From positions 382,851 through 445,520 of the forward strand of contig NIVC01000525.1 of assembly GCA_002269645.1 (NCBI GenBank): a stretch of 62,670 nucleotides of DNA, written 5' to 3'. The notes under the pieces are model-generated. The model was not told the origin of the DNA. It worked only from the letters and a program-made list of their open reading frames with translations, and did no database searches. The translations under genes and the position numbers were made by a program. Below, piece after piece: positions 41,238 to 54,007 of the stretch. The DNA is from Macrostomum lignano. Taxonomy: Eukaryota. Every line of letters starts with the position of its first letter. Position 1 is the first letter of the stretch.

Positions 41238-41428
41238 TCCCCTGAGAGTCCCGAGAGTGCTCAGTCTGAGCTGTCACCAATGAGAGTTCTGAGAGTGCTC
41301 AGTCTGAGCTGTCACCGATGAGATTCCGAGAGTGCTCAGTCTGAGCTGTCACCGATGAGAGTCCCGAGAGTGCTCAGTCTGAGCTGTCACCGATGAGAGT
41401 CCGAGAGTGCTCAGTCTGAGCTGTCAAA
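41238..41428. repeat. Minisatellite, ~38-bp unit GAGAGTCCCGAGAGTGCTCAGTCTGAGCTGTCACCGAT
   Basis: About 5 copies starting about 10 bp after the stop codon. Confidence 0.9.
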
Positions 41429-42605
41429 GTAAGAGTTTGGCTATTCAATTTTCATCTGCCTTTCAAGCAACACCAACTAAATTTGCTTCATTCAAATATT
41501 TGCTCCAGTTTGACTAACAAGCCTCACCTCATTTGTGATTGACACCTACGCTTAATTGAAGGGCATCCGTGCGCTCGCAGATCAAGGTTGTTATTTTTTT
41601 GACAGAGGATCAGCGCCACGCTTTACAACTTTCGTGCTTTGCATTTCAACGCCACTTGATCGCACGTACAAGCGCATACTCACACAATGAAGTCAGACAG
41701 CTTTTATGTGGATAAAAAATATAGTTGTCTAGACCACAGATACTAGAATATCTAGTTGGGCCACTCAGCACATTTGCGTTTAAGCTACTTTCAGTTCAGT
41801 AGTATAAGTTAAACAGAAGCATTTTAATGCATTTTAAAGCCAAGGCTCATTTTATGGCTTTTACCTCTCCCAGCTTAAACCTCCCCCCCCCCAGCCGCGC
41901 CTTTCCACACTTACCCTCCCAAATTTTAGCCTTTCTCGAAATTCCAGCCTAAATCTGCCATGTACATTTCAGTGGACTGGCCAATGTACATTATGGCTGA
42001 ACCAATTAGCAAGTTGCTTACGCCTGCAAGCTTGAGCTTCTAAACTTATCAAAGTCATTTCAGCTGCCTTTATTTTCATAAAATAGCTTATGTATTCTTC
42101 TTTGCTACTGAACTGAAAGTAGAAAGCTGTTTTACCAAGTATATACGCCTGAGTGGCCCATCTAGTCATTTTAGTATCTGTGGACAAGACTAACTGAATT
42201 CTGCTTATAAATTGAAACAATAAATTTTAACTACTCATTTTATATCGATCTTGCATGCCCTTCAACTGAATTTGTTGCAGTGCTATTGTTATAATGTTCA
42301 AGAACTGTGTTAGTAGAGCATAGTGTTAGCTAGTAGTGTTTCATCGCTAAATGCTATAATCTTGGTTCAACTGCAAATAAAAGTACATTCGCGTTTTGAA
42401 GCAATGAAAATTTTTTATCTTAGTGTCTTTAATTGGTGAATTTTATTTCTGATTCTCTGCGTCCCGTGTGATTGGTTGTACAAGAGGTCCCGGGCTCGAT
42501 TCTGGAAAGGGCGTTTTACAAGCTTGAAAGTTCACAAGCTCGAAAGCTTCACATCGTCGAAACGTGTTGTTGAGTCACTTCCTAAGCTTCTTTCTTGCGT
42601 ACAAT

Positions 42606-43655
42606 GGGGGTTGTAGCCTAGTGTTTAGAGCGTCGGACTCACGACTTGAAGGTCGGGGGTTCGATTCCCGATTCTACTCGGAACTATTTGTGTCCTTGAG
42701 CAAGATTGTGCGAGGCTGCGATTTTGTGCCGAGGCTGCGATTTTGTGCCGAGGCTGCGATTTTGTGCGAGGCTGCGATTTTGTGCCGAGGCTGCGATTTT
42801 GTGCGAGGCTGCGATTTTGTGCCGAGGCGCTGATGGACAGGCGACAGAGCTTCCGCGTTGTCAGCAGTTCGTCTACCTCGGCGGTCTGGTTCCCGGCGTC
42901 CGCGAAGATTTGCGGCGTCGCCGCGGGCTTCCCTGGGCTGCCTGTGAAGGCAGTCCTGCAGTCCGAGGCCTTACCTGACCGCCAGAGGGCGGCGCTGTTC
43001 CAGGCGGTGATCGAGACCGTCCTGCTGTACAACGCCGAGACCTGGACGCTGACGGAGTCGCTCGAGCAACAAGTTGACGCGGCGCACGCTGGCCTGCTGC
43101 GCGCCGCCTTCAAGATCGGCTACGAGCGAGTGACCAACGCGGCTTTGTATCGCCGCGCCGGCCTGGTCCGTCCAAGCGACCTGCTGCGCCGTCGGCGACT
43201 CCAGCTGGCAGGTCATATCATCCGCGCCGAGTCGTACTGCCCCGAGCCGGTGCCGGAGGTGCTGCTGCTAACGCTGCAGGCACCCTACCGGCGGGGGCAG
43301 GCGCACTCGGCGTTTCGTCGACTGCCTGCTGGCTGACGCCGGCGCCCCGGATTCGCCCGGCGACGTGGCGTTCATTCGCGACCTGGCCTTGAAGCGCGCC
43401 CTGTGACGCAACTGCGTATTCTGTTGTTGTTGTTGAGCAAGACACTCAACTCTGCATTGCTTCAGTTCACCCAGCTGTAAAATGGGTGCCAGCATTAGCT
43501 GTGGTAATTGAGGTTGTGCGGCAGCCCCCCCCCCCAGTCCTTAGACAGAACAGCCGTACGCAGCCTTCAGATGCACCGCGCAATAGCTGCGGCTGAGCTG
43601 TCGGTTGCACATCTGCCTATCAGGGCAGGTGATGTATCATAATTATAATTAGTAG
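42606..43655 (+). mobile_element. tRNA-derived CORE-like SINE, copy 1, split by a LINE insertion (SINE parts 42606-42705 and 43443-43655)
   Basis: A box TAGCCTAGTGTTTAG, B box GGTTCGATTCC, then TGTGTCCTTGAGCAAGA|CACTCAACTCTGCATTGCTTCAGTTCACCCAGCTGTAAAATGGG, similar to the MIR/CORE domain; matches the uninterrupted copy at 56480-56770. Confidence 0.82.
42706..43432 (+). mobile_element. 5'-truncated, frameshifted RTE-type non-LTR retrotransposon fragment with a 5' minisatellite
   Basis: Translates FVYLG...LFQAVIETVLLYNAETWTLT...VTNAALY...RRRRLQLAGHIIR (RT thumb/C-terminal region of RTE-like LINEs); short 3' UTR, (TTG)n tail, TSD TTGAGCAAGA at 42696-42705 and 43433-43442. Confidence 0.88.
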
Positions 43656-44489
43656 TTTAACCAGCTTGAACAAAAACAGAACCTTGCACTGTTTTAAGCC
43701 GCCCAAGTTCACCAATATGAGAAACACAGAAGCCACACTGAAGTTTTTCAGGCCATATATTCTTGGCACACACAAAATAAGCTTCTTTTATTTTGCTTTT
43801 AAAAGACAATCTTGGCAAAAACAGTTCGCATTGGACTGGCACGTCTTGAAGAAAATTTGAAAAGAAAAATAAATTTTGTAATTAGATTTGAAAGCAAGTT
43901 ATGTAAGAGATTCGGCAGCATAAAAATCGATCAATAAAAGACAAATAGAAGCAGATTAATTTGCTTTACAAGAAGGAATAGGAGGTTGCCGATGTATCCA
44001 GGGCGTTTGTGTCATGGACAGTTTATTTGAAGGGCCTAATTTTGCCACAGAAAAAGCAAAATGTTTCAACAGAATTTGGTCAGTATGTCCTGGGTACAAG
44101 GGCAGCTTGGTGTCACTTGGGTCTCCTCACCGGCTTTTGTTTGTACAAATTAACAGCAAATCAATTTGACCTGAATGAATGCGATTCTATTATAGGCAAA
44201 AAGACACTATGAGTTTAAAACAATTCGTTGCTATTAAAAAGTGAGTTACTTGACTTGGGTTTTTGCTTGGCTTAGACTTTTTCAAACCAAACTGAGACAA
44301 CAACAACAATAGAAACTCGAAGCACAACCATCTGTAAGTTGAAAAATAGGAAATAACGTCTGTTTGCGAAAAAATCATAAATAGAAAATATAACAATAGT
44401 TTATTCCGTTAAAAGATATGAAACACGGTGAATATGACTGAAAGCATTTATATAACAATCACACCTGTACTTTGGTTACAGTTGCCATC

Positions 44490-44770
44490 TGATGTTCAAG
44501 TTTCAGATCCCGGTGTTCAAGCTTCAGACTACGGTGTTCAAGTTTCAGATCCCGGTGTTCAAGTTTCAGACTACGGTGTTCCAGTTTCAGATCCCGGTGT
44601 TCAAGTTTCAGATCCCGGTGTTCAAGTTTCAGATCCCGGTGTTCAAGTTTCAGACTACGGTGTTCAAGTTTCAGACTACGGTGTTCAAGTTTCAGATCCC
44701 GGTGTTCAAGTTTCAGATCCCGGTGTTCGAGTTTCAGATCCCGGTGTTCAAGTTTCAGATCCCGGTGCTC
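44490..44770. repeat. Minisatellite, 21-bp unit GGTGTTCAAGTTTCAGATCCC
   Basis: About 13 copies ending about 70 bp from the PLD stop codon. Confidence 0.92.
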
Positions 44771-44841
44771 AATACTCAGGCTCCGGTGTTACATTTCCAG
44801 GTCTGGTTCAAAGTCCAGCCTCGGTGTAGGGGTTCAAGATT

Positions 44842-46334
44842 CTACAGCCAGGTGATCAGCGGCAGCAGCGAGGCGCTAGAAATCCGGCCAACCTGAAAGT
44901 CCAAGCTGACCCCGTCCAGGAAGTTCAGCGGAAACTCCACCAGGAAGCCGCGAACCTCGGTCTCCAGCTGGTGCACCGCCTGCTCCCGGTCGGTGGCGGC
45001 CAGGCTGGGCTCGCTAACCCAGTCTCGAAGCTCCTTGTAGTTGCTGGCCCGGTCAGTGGGGTAGCAGTGGAACACCTGCTCGAATATCTCCGTGTTTCGC
45101 CGGGCCGTGGCCGACCAGACCTCGTGGAAGAATTGGTCGCTAGTTGGGTCGGCCAGAGCCTGGTTGGCGGGATCCGAGATGGACAGGCCGAGGTGCTCGC
45201 GCATCAGGCAGCGGCGCAGCGAGCCGCAGAACGAGCCGGCCTGGGCCGGAGCGGCTGACGCCGCCGCCTGCCAGTCGGCCGGTGCCAAATCCGAGCCGGA
45301 GTCCTCGAATCGAACCGCGATCTCCGAGTCCCGGTAGCCTAGCAACGACCGGTCGTTGATGTTGGCGGAGCCGATGATGGCGACTCGATCGTCCGCAATC
45401 ATCAGCTTGCTGTGCACGTAGATGAGCTCGGAGACCAGCTCGCCGCCAGCCAGCTGGCCCCAGGTTCGCAGCGCGCAAACGGACAAATAGTCGGACGCTT
45501 GAATGCCCGCATCGGACAGCTGGGCCATCATGGAGCTCTCAGATCGGCACAGGCAGGCGTAGGTGTGGTGCAGGATCTTCTTGATGCTGTCAGCGCTGCT
45601 GGGACTCTCGGCTACGTCGCCTTCGAACTGCGGCAGCAGCGGCAGCACCAAGTAGACGCGGAATTTTCGGCCCTCTCGATTGGCTCGGACGATCCGCTGG
45701 ACAAGCCGGCTGGCTATGGGGTTCTGCACCGGCCACTTCCGGCCGAGGGTCTCGTCTGCGCAGCTGATGAAGAACTGGTTCTCAATGTAGACATAGTACT
45801 CGGAGTTGTCGATCGCGTCGCACATAGCGCTGAGCACGGACGTCTCGGGCTCCTCGATGCCGCCGGACCACATGCCCAGGCTGCGCAGTACGTTCACTCG
45901 ATTGGCAGACTTTGGCGCGATGCTCTTGAATGGCAACGGCGGCTGGCGGACCGACGGCTTGCTGTTCGAGTCCGTTTGGGACAGGTCAGATTTTATCTGG
46001 TATTGATGCTGCTGCTGCTGCTGCTGCTGAGGCTGATGGTGATGCAGCCGGTCCAGCAGCCCGAGAAAAGTGCGCCGCTGCCCCGGCTGCTTGGCCGCGC
46101 TGGCCGCATTCTCGCCGTCAGCGTCCGGCTCCAAGTCGCTGTTGTCCGGCCCGGCCGGCTCCGGCTTCAAAGATTTCGGCATGAGCAGCGGCAGCTGGCA
46201 GTTGGACTTGCTCTTCACGGTAAAGTTCCAGCGCTCGATGAAGTGTCGGGCCACGTCGCGGGCAGCGTTGCCGCCGACGACGCAGCCGATGTCGTGCCAG
46301 GGCATCCGGGGCACGCGGCCGCGGTCAACCAGCT
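44842..46334 (-). CDS. Pld: Phospholipase D last exon (PRMPWHD, YIENQFF, second HKD motif, C-terminus)
   Basis: Acceptor aacccgcag|AG (phase 1); VPRMPWHDIG, YVYIENQFFIS, VHSKLMIADDRVAIIGSANINDRS, C-terminal LPLITWL*. Confidence 0.95.
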
Positions 46335-46399
46335 CTGCGGGTTGCGGTCGGGCGGGAGGGTTCAAGCTCGAAACTTCCCAAAAACTTGAAGATTCGGAA

Positions 46400-46640
46400 G
46401 GGGAGTGACAATCTTATACCGTAGATCGAAGGTACTGAGGGGAGTGACAATCTCACAGATAGAAGGTGCTGAGTGGAGTGACAATCTCACAGATAGAAGG
46501 TGCTGAGGGGAGTGATAATCTCACAGATAGAAGGTGCTGAGGGGAGTGATGATCTCACAGATAGAAGGTGCTGAGTGGAGTGACAATCTCACAGATACTC
46601 GTAGAAGGTACTGAGGGGAGTGATAATCTCACAGATGGAA
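46400..46640. repeat. Minisatellite, 34-bp unit GGAGTGACAATCTCACAGATAGAAGGTGCTGAG(G/T)
   Basis: About 6 copies starting about 65 bp from the PLD last-exon acceptor. Confidence 0.88.
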
Positions 46641-47019
46641 GAACTAAACAGAGTGACAATCTCAACAGCAGGCTGACAGAGCCGCATTGGGAGCTCAAAG
46701 GTGCTAATTATCTTTTAAAAAACACGCAGATGCACGATGGTGAGACCGCTATCAACCAGAGGGGACCTCTATATTCTTTCTCTGAAACTCAGCTGAAGCA
46801 GAGAAAAAGAGGAAGGGAAAGTGTGTCTTCATCTCCCCAGTGAAGCGGAGCAGCTGTGGGGAGACGAGAAGCGGATTATCCCAGCCTTGCCTGCATTGCT
46901 CACTCAGTCTTTATCTTACGAAAAAAAGACTGAAGCATGAAACAAGCTGAATAAGGGGATGAAACTATTCAGAACCCAGGACTCAAAAATTCCCTGGATT
47001 GGCACCGCCCTGGCGCACT

Positions 47020-47175
47020 TTAGGCGACATTGTCGCACAACCGGCGAGAGGCATTACTGCCCATTCCGCCGACTCCCCTGAGCAGGCACACAAGCGGCAG
47101 ATACGTACGCAGTCACACACACAGGCACACACTCACAAAGGTGTGTACAGCGGCGCTAACTTTATTTATCGTTAG
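47020..47175. mobile_element. Short dispersed repeat, copy 2
   Basis: Matches the reverse complement of 29300-29426, with an internal insertion. Confidence 0.7.
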
Positions 47176-48162
47176 TCATGTACACTCCACTGTGCCTTGG
47201 GGTTGGCCATCAAGACCGTTAATTGCATGAGCAGAGCCAAGCCGAGATTCCAATTTAGCCCCAAATTAATGTGGCTGGAATCGAGCCTGGGCCGCTGGCA
47301 CATCAGAGGGCCGCGCTGGACCACTGGACCACGCCCCCCGTCTGCCCCCTACAACTTTAGCATAGTAGATAGACTAGCCTTTCCTGCCCCCTCGGGGAAA
47401 ATTAAGAATCCCTTTAAATAAGTGACACCCTCCCCAGCTTCTCAAAAAGTTTAGTCTACACTTTTTAGGTTGACAGAAATACAAGTAGAACGCACAATCA
47501 GTTTAGTACATGTAAAGTTTGTGCTTTCCTCCAGCTTTCCTCCAGTCCAGAACAGTTCCGGGGGGTCCCTGTCGCGACTCTCGGTTCGAAACCTCCTTCT
47601 CAGGCCTCAGCAGCTGCTATAGATTTGTGCTTTAAAATCTATTCCAGAAAGCGGTAAATCCGATAAGTAGCTTACGACCACGAAAAACTTTTATAGACTA
47701 TAGAGCTGTGCGAGTATGAAGTGGATAAATATCTTCCCCTTTAAAAGTCCCTTTTAATCAATTTCGCTAATCGCGAGAATATCGATTGGGATTCTGAGAG
47801 GCATGGAATATGGCTCGCAAAAATAGCATGCAAGAGTAACTTATGGAATGTAAAATTTCTAATTAGTTGCTTTTATACACCATGCTTTACTGCAAGTAGA
47901 ATGATTCTGATTTTGTCATAGAGTGTCGGATTCGTAAAATCGTAACCTGCCGTCATTAGCTACCTGATGAGTGATATCTGCGTACCATATGAAAAACAAA
48001 TTATATACATGTAGGAATAATCCGGACTTGACCGATATGTAGCGCAACTCAGTTTATTAAGCCCAAATTTATACACATTACCGAAGTTTACTTTTAGCCG
48101 ATATGTAGAGTAAGAAACTAAATAAAGCAACGTTTCATATTGAAAATAAAAAACCAGCTCAC

Positions 48163-48287
48163 CCTCTTCGGGTAGGTGCAGTCGCACGGGCTCCTTGAGA
48201 ATCCAGTTCACGTAGTCTTTGCCACGCCACATCCGAATTTTCGCAGCCTCGTCCGGCCTGATGGCGAAGTTGGGGTCGATCTCGTAG
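48163..48287 (-). CDS. Pld: Phospholipase D exon 7 (WxGKDY block)
   Basis: Acceptor gcatttcag|C (phase 2), donor GAG G|gtgagc (phase 1); encodes YEIDPNF...RMWRGKDYVNWILKEPVRLHLPEE; phases match both neighbours. Confidence 0.9.
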
Positions 48288-48324
48288 CTGAAATGCATTT
48301 CCAGGTTTTCAGGACGGGTTTTTA

Positions 48325-49125
48325 GATATATTTATGGCCTCCCCTACAGCACAGGTGTTATATTTATGGCCTCCCATGCAGCACAGGTGTTATATTTATG
48401 GCCTCTCATGCAGCACAGGTGTTATATTTATGGCCTCCCCTACAGCACAGGTGTTATATTTATGGCCTCCCCAACAGCACAGGTGTTATATTTATGGCCT
48501 CCCCTACAGCACAGGTGGTATATTTATGGCCTCCCCTACAGCACAGGTGTTATATTTATGGCCTCTCTTACAACACAGGTGTTATATTTATGGCCTCTCT
48601 TACAACACAGGTGTTATATTTTTGGCCTCTCTTACAACACAGGTGTTATATTTATGGCCTCTCTTACAGCACAGGTGTTATATTTATGGCCTCCCCTACA
48701 GCACAGGTGTTATATTTATGGCCTCCCCTAAAGCACAGGTGTTATATTTATGGCCTCCCCTACAGCACAGGTGTTATATTTATGGCCCCCCCCCCTACAG
48801 CACAGGTGTTATATTTATGGCCTCCCCTACAGGACAGATAATATATTTATGGCTTCCCATGCAGCACAGGTGGTATATTTATGGCCTCCCCTACAGCACA
48901 GGTGGTATATTTATGGCCTCCCCTACAGCACAGGTGGTATATTTATGGCCTCCCCTACAGCACAGGTGGTATATTTATGGCCTCCCCTACAGCACAGGTG
49001 GTATATTTATGGCCTCCCCTACAGCACAGGTGGTATATTTATGGCCTCCCCTACAGCACAGGTGGTATATTTATGGCCTCCCCTACAGCACAGGTGGTAT
49101 ATTTATGGCTTCCCCTACAGGAAAG
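48325..49125. repeat. Minisatellite, 32-bp unit GGTGTTATATTTATGGCCTCCCCTACAGCACA
   Basis: About 25 copies starting about 40 bp from the exon 7 acceptor. Confidence 0.94.
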
Positions 49126-49807
49126 GTGATATATAATTTTGCCCTTCTACAGATGGAATAGAGATAGAGATAGTAAAAATATATTTGCCTTTTTCAATAC
49201 ACGGGGGTTGATTTATTTGCCTTGGATGATTACCACCCCCCCCCCACCAGCCAGTAAAGCTTTCGGGAATGGCAAGCAGACAGACAGAGCCACAGTGACT
49301 ATGGATGCAGGGCATTAGGCAGGAGCAGCCAACAGGAACAGACGACGAGATGGCGCCATTGTTTAAGAACTGATAAATCAGCGGCGTAAGCTATAGACTC
49401 CCCAATATCCCGCCGCTCCATCAGCCAGTAGTTAAGGGCAACGATTCAGTAAGGGATTTTTTCAGCCATAAGCTAACCCAGGATTGGCGCACTTTGGTAG
49501 GCACTGGGGAAGAATTTCAATTCAATAGGGGGAAACAGAAAATCCCGAGATGAGGGGAGTGAAGCGGGCGGTGTGCGATTGAATGCAATAGGAAAGTGCA
49601 CAGGTCCCGATTAAACTTTCATATTGAATTGGGCGGCATAGTGACGAATGTACAGACAAAGAGACAGAGAGGAGCTGAGAGGAGGTGACGGAGAGGCACA
49701 CGTAAAAATGCTTTAAGCATATATCTTATGGGATTTGGGATTTGAGATTGATTTTTCACCGTATAGATGCATTCACACATATGTATAAAATCTCGTGTGC
49801 TCGTTTG

Positions 49808-50630
49808 CGTTATGCTTCAGAATCTGAGCTATAAGTCTCAGGTTAGTAATGTTATGCTTCAGAATCTGAGTTATAAGTCTCAGGTTAGTAATGTTATGCT
49901 TCAGAATCTGAGCTATAAGTCTCAGGTTAGTAATGTTATGCTTCAGAATCTGAGCTATAAGTCTCAGGTTAGTAATGTTATGCTTCAGAATCTGAGCTAT
50001 AAGTCTCAGGTTAGTAATGTTATGCTTCAGAATCTGAGCTATAAGTCTCAGGTTAGTAATGTTATGCTTCAGAATCTGAGTTATAAGTCTCAGGTTAGTA
50101 ATGTTATGCTTCAGAATCTGAGTTATAAGTCTCAGGTTAGTAATGTTATGCTTCAGAATCTGAGTTATAAGTCTCAGGTTAGTAATGTTATGCTTCAGAA
50201 TCTGAGCTATAAGTCTCAGGTTAGTAATGTTATGCTTCAGAATCTGAGTTATAAGTCTCAGGTTAGTAATGTTATGCTTCAGAATCTGAGTTATAAGTCT
50301 CAGGTTAGTAATGTTATGCTTCAGAATCTGAGTTATAAGTCTCAGGTTAGTAATGTTATGCTTCAGAATCTGAGCTATAAGTCTCAGGTTAGTAATGTTA
50401 TGCTTCAGAATCTGAGTTATAAGTCTCAGGTTAGTAATGTTATGCTTCAGAATCTGAGCTATAAGTCTCAGGTTAGTAATGTTATGCTTCAGAATCTGAG
50501 CTATAAGTCTCAGGTTAGTAATGTTATGCTTCAGAATCTGAGCTATAAGTCTCAGGTTAGTAATGTTATGCTTCAGAATCTGAGTTATAAGTCTCAGGTT
50601 AGTAATGTTATGCTTCAGAATCTGATATTT
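49808..50630. repeat. Minisatellite, 42-bp unit GTTATGCTTCAGAATCTGAG(C/T)TATAAGTCTCAGGTTAGTAAT
   Basis: About 19-20 near-perfect copies. Confidence 0.95.
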
Positions 50631-51154
50631 TAACTTATATCTCGGCGGCAAAGTTAAAATAATGCAGTTGAGTCGGCAGCAGAGATGGACAGAGGCAGAA
50701 GGGAACAGATAAAAAGACAGGCAGGTGAAGTGCAGGCATCCTTGACAACGCTATTCAGGTCAGCACTAGCATATATGGCCACTTAAATAGCCAATAGGCA
50801 GTGCATAGCATGCCTGCCCCCCGGTGATTTATTGGGGATTCTCAAAAAACAAAAGTGGCGCTGCTGCTGCTGTGTGCGCGTGTTTGCTAGCAGGCAATAG
50901 GTAGGTCCTTGAGTACAAAATTTGCTCAGCAGCGGTGAAGACTAACCAACTAATTAATTAGCAATTGTCAGTTAAATTAGTAAGAGAGGGCCTAAGCTGG
51001 CAAAGCTTAGAAAGAGACGGAAAAACTAGGAGCGCTGAAGAACCCAGGAGAAACAATGAGAATTCAGAGTTTGTGGCTACAATGAGTTTAAGCGCAACCT
51101 GAAGGCATAGAATTTCCGCTAGTCAAAAGTTTTGGTGCTTATGGAAGTTGAAAA

Positions 51155-52790
51155 AGGACATGAGAAACTGGGACATGAGAAACTGGGACATGAGAAACTG
51201 GGACATGAGAAACTGGGACATGAGAAACTGGGACATGAAATACTGGGAAATGAGGAACTGGGACATGAGAAACTGGGACATGAGAAACTGGGACATGAGA
51301 AATTGGGACATGAGAAACTGGGACATGAGAAACTGGGACATGAGAAACTGGGAAATGAGGAACTGGGACATGAGAAACTGGGACATGAAATACTGGGAAA
51401 TGAGGAACTGGGACATGAGAAACTGGGACATGAGAAACTGGGACATGAGAAATTGGGACATGAGAAACTGGGAAATGAGGAACTGGGACATGAGAAACTG
51501 GGACATGAAATACTGGGAAATGAGGAACTGGGACATGAGAAACTGGGACATGAGAAACTGGGACATGAGAAACTGGGACATGAGAAACTGGGACATGAGA
51601 AACTGGGACATGAGAAACTGGGACATGAGAAACTGGGACATGAGAAACTGGGACATGAGAAACTGGGACATGAGAAATTGGGACATGAGAAACTGGGAAA
51701 TGAGGAACTGGGACATGAGAAACTGGGACATGAAATACTGGGAAATGAGGAACTGGGACATGAGAAACTGGGACATGAGAAACTGGGACATGAGAAACTG
51801 GGACATGAGAAATTGGGACATGAGAAACTGGGACATGAGAAACTGGGACATGAGAAACTGGGACATGAGAAACTGGGACATGAGAAACTGGGACATGAGA
51901 AACTGGGAAATGAGGAACTGGGACATGAGAAACTGGGACATGAAATACTGGGAAATGAGGAACTGGGACATGAGAAACTGGGACATGAAATACTGGGAAA
52001 TGAGGAACTGGGACATGAGAAACTGGGACATGAAATACTGGGAAATGAGGAACTTGGACATGAGAAACTGGGACATGAGAAACTGGGACATGAGAAACTG
52101 GGACATGAGAAACTGGGACATGAGAAACTGGGACATGAGAAACTGGGACATGAGAAACTGGGACATGAGAAACTGGGACATGAGAAACTGGGACATGAGA
52201 AACTGGGACATGAGAAACTGGGAAATGAGAAACTGGGACATGAGAAACTGGGACATGAGAAACTGGGACATGAGAAACTGGGACATGAGAAACTGGGACA
52301 TGAGAAACTGGGACATGAGAAACTGGGACATGAGAAACTGGGACATGAGAAACTGGGACATGAGAAACTGGGACATGAGAAACTGGGACATGAGAAACTG
52401 GGACATGAGAAACTGGGACATGAGAAACTGGGACATGAAATACTGGGAAATGAGGAACTGGGACATGAGAAACTGGGACATGAGAAACTGGGACATGAGA
52501 AACTGGGACATGAGAAACTGGGACATGAGAAACTGGGACATGAGAAACTGGGACATGAGAAACTGGGACATGAGAAACTGGGACATGAGAAACTGGGACA
52601 TGAGAAACTGGGACATGAGAAACTGGGACATGAGAAATTGGGACATGAGAAACTGGGACATGAGAAACTGGGACATGAGAAACTGGGACATGAGAAACTG
52701 GGACATGAGAAACTGGGACATGAGAAACTGGGACATGAGAAACTGGGACATGAGAAACTGGGACATGAGAAATTTTGATATGAGAAACTG
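51155..52790. repeat. Minisatellite, 15-bp unit GGACATGAGAAACTG
   Basis: About 1.6 kb with a recurrent variant block GGACATGAAATACTGGGAAATGAGGAACTG; ends about 70 bp from the exon 6 donor. Confidence 0.96.
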
Positions 52791-52862
52791 CGGCAGGAGA
52801 ATCATTAGGCTTCAGCAGCTCAGACACTGATGACGCACACAGCAGCTTGACCGGGAGCTCAC

Positions 52863-53473
52863 ATTCCGTTGCTGTGCTCGCCTCGGCGCAGGCGCTCCCT
52901 GACGCCACGCGTCACCCGTCGTTTCTCGGCGTTGCTCCGCAGAAAATTGCCCATCCGCTGCATGACGGGATCGTAATGCCGCACCTGCACCTGCCCGTCC
53001 TTCAGCCGCTTTGCGTCCGGTGTGTCCGCAACCAGGCGGCGATCGTCGTCGGCGCGACGCTCCTTGGCCGTCTCGACCTCGACGTCGGCACCAACGCCCG
53101 CTGCAGCCACGACGGCGTCAGCGGCCTCCGCTGTGGAAGCGTAGCGGCGGAGCACGACAGAGTCGCTGCCGCTGCCGCCGCCTCCGGCGACGTCGCCAGC
53201 GTCTCCTCCGCGACGAAGGATCTTGCGTAGTCGATCGCTGACAACTGAGGCGCGGCTCCAGGCACGATCGGGCAGGGGCTGCTGCTGCTTCTGGGCGACA
53301 TCTTCAGCTCGCTCTGTCACCAGAACTACCGTCCGACGAGTGTCCTGGCCTCCGACTTCGTCGGCTGAGCTCAACTCTGAGATTCTGTCCATCCCGGCCG
53401 GGCCAGCGGACGTGTCATCGCCGGCGAATGATTCGGAGTCGCTGTCGGCTCGGCGATCTGCCGCCGCGTTTTG
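52863..53473 (-). CDS. Pld: Phospholipase D exon 6 (loop region); 5' boundary uncertain
   Basis: GC-rich ORF 52859-53479 with donor GGA AT|gtgagc whose phase 2 matches exon 7; the acceptor is not resolved (ttgcag|CAA at 53473 is one candidate). Confidence 0.7.
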
Positions 53474-54007
53474 CTGCAAGGTGTCGTTTTTTGTGTCGGT
53501 TTTGTGTTGTTTTTGCTTTGTTGTTTTTGTTGCTGTTTTTTGTTTGTTTGTTTGTTGTTGTTGCTGTTGTTGTGGTTGTTGCTGTGGCTGCCGTTGTTTT
53601 GATTATTTTACTATCGTTTCTTTCTTTGTTGCATTTGTTGTTGTTTTTTACAGGATTTTCTGTTTGCTAATTCATTCATGACAACATACATGTCGGGTAG
53701 TCTCTTTTGTTGGATTTTTTCATTCAATTGTCTGCATTAGCAAACTTGCATGCAATAAACCGAGGGCCTCATGTATTATGCATTTTGTTCCATAGGCCGG
53801 CAATTTATTACAGGGGTCTGCTCAGGGTTCACAAAACAGCCTCGCGGATTATTGTTGAGCAAAGCAGTAAAGATGGAAGAGGTCTGGGATTAAGCGAGTC
53901 AGACCTGTACAGCTAAGGTCTCAGGAGGAGAGAGGAGAAGTACAGGGTTAGGGTTGGGGAGCAGATGGCGTCGACTGGGATAAACTGGAGCTAATTCTTC
54001 CCTTTAC

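Noticed and set aside
42606-42680. tRNA gene (also 56700-56770 and a degenerate B-box near 42490)
   Set aside because: A and B boxes are present but no complete cloverleaf is evident, and the sequence continues into a SINE body.
45412-46389. Antisense or alternate-frame ORFs over GC-rich exons (also 59156-59647, 58033-58566, 34401-35033, 35870-36682, 3031-3600)
   Set aside because: Shadow ORFs expected from high-GC codon bias; the other frame carries the conserved motifs.
53944-53955. Telomere-like AGGGTTAGGGTT
   Set aside because: Only two units; expected by chance.
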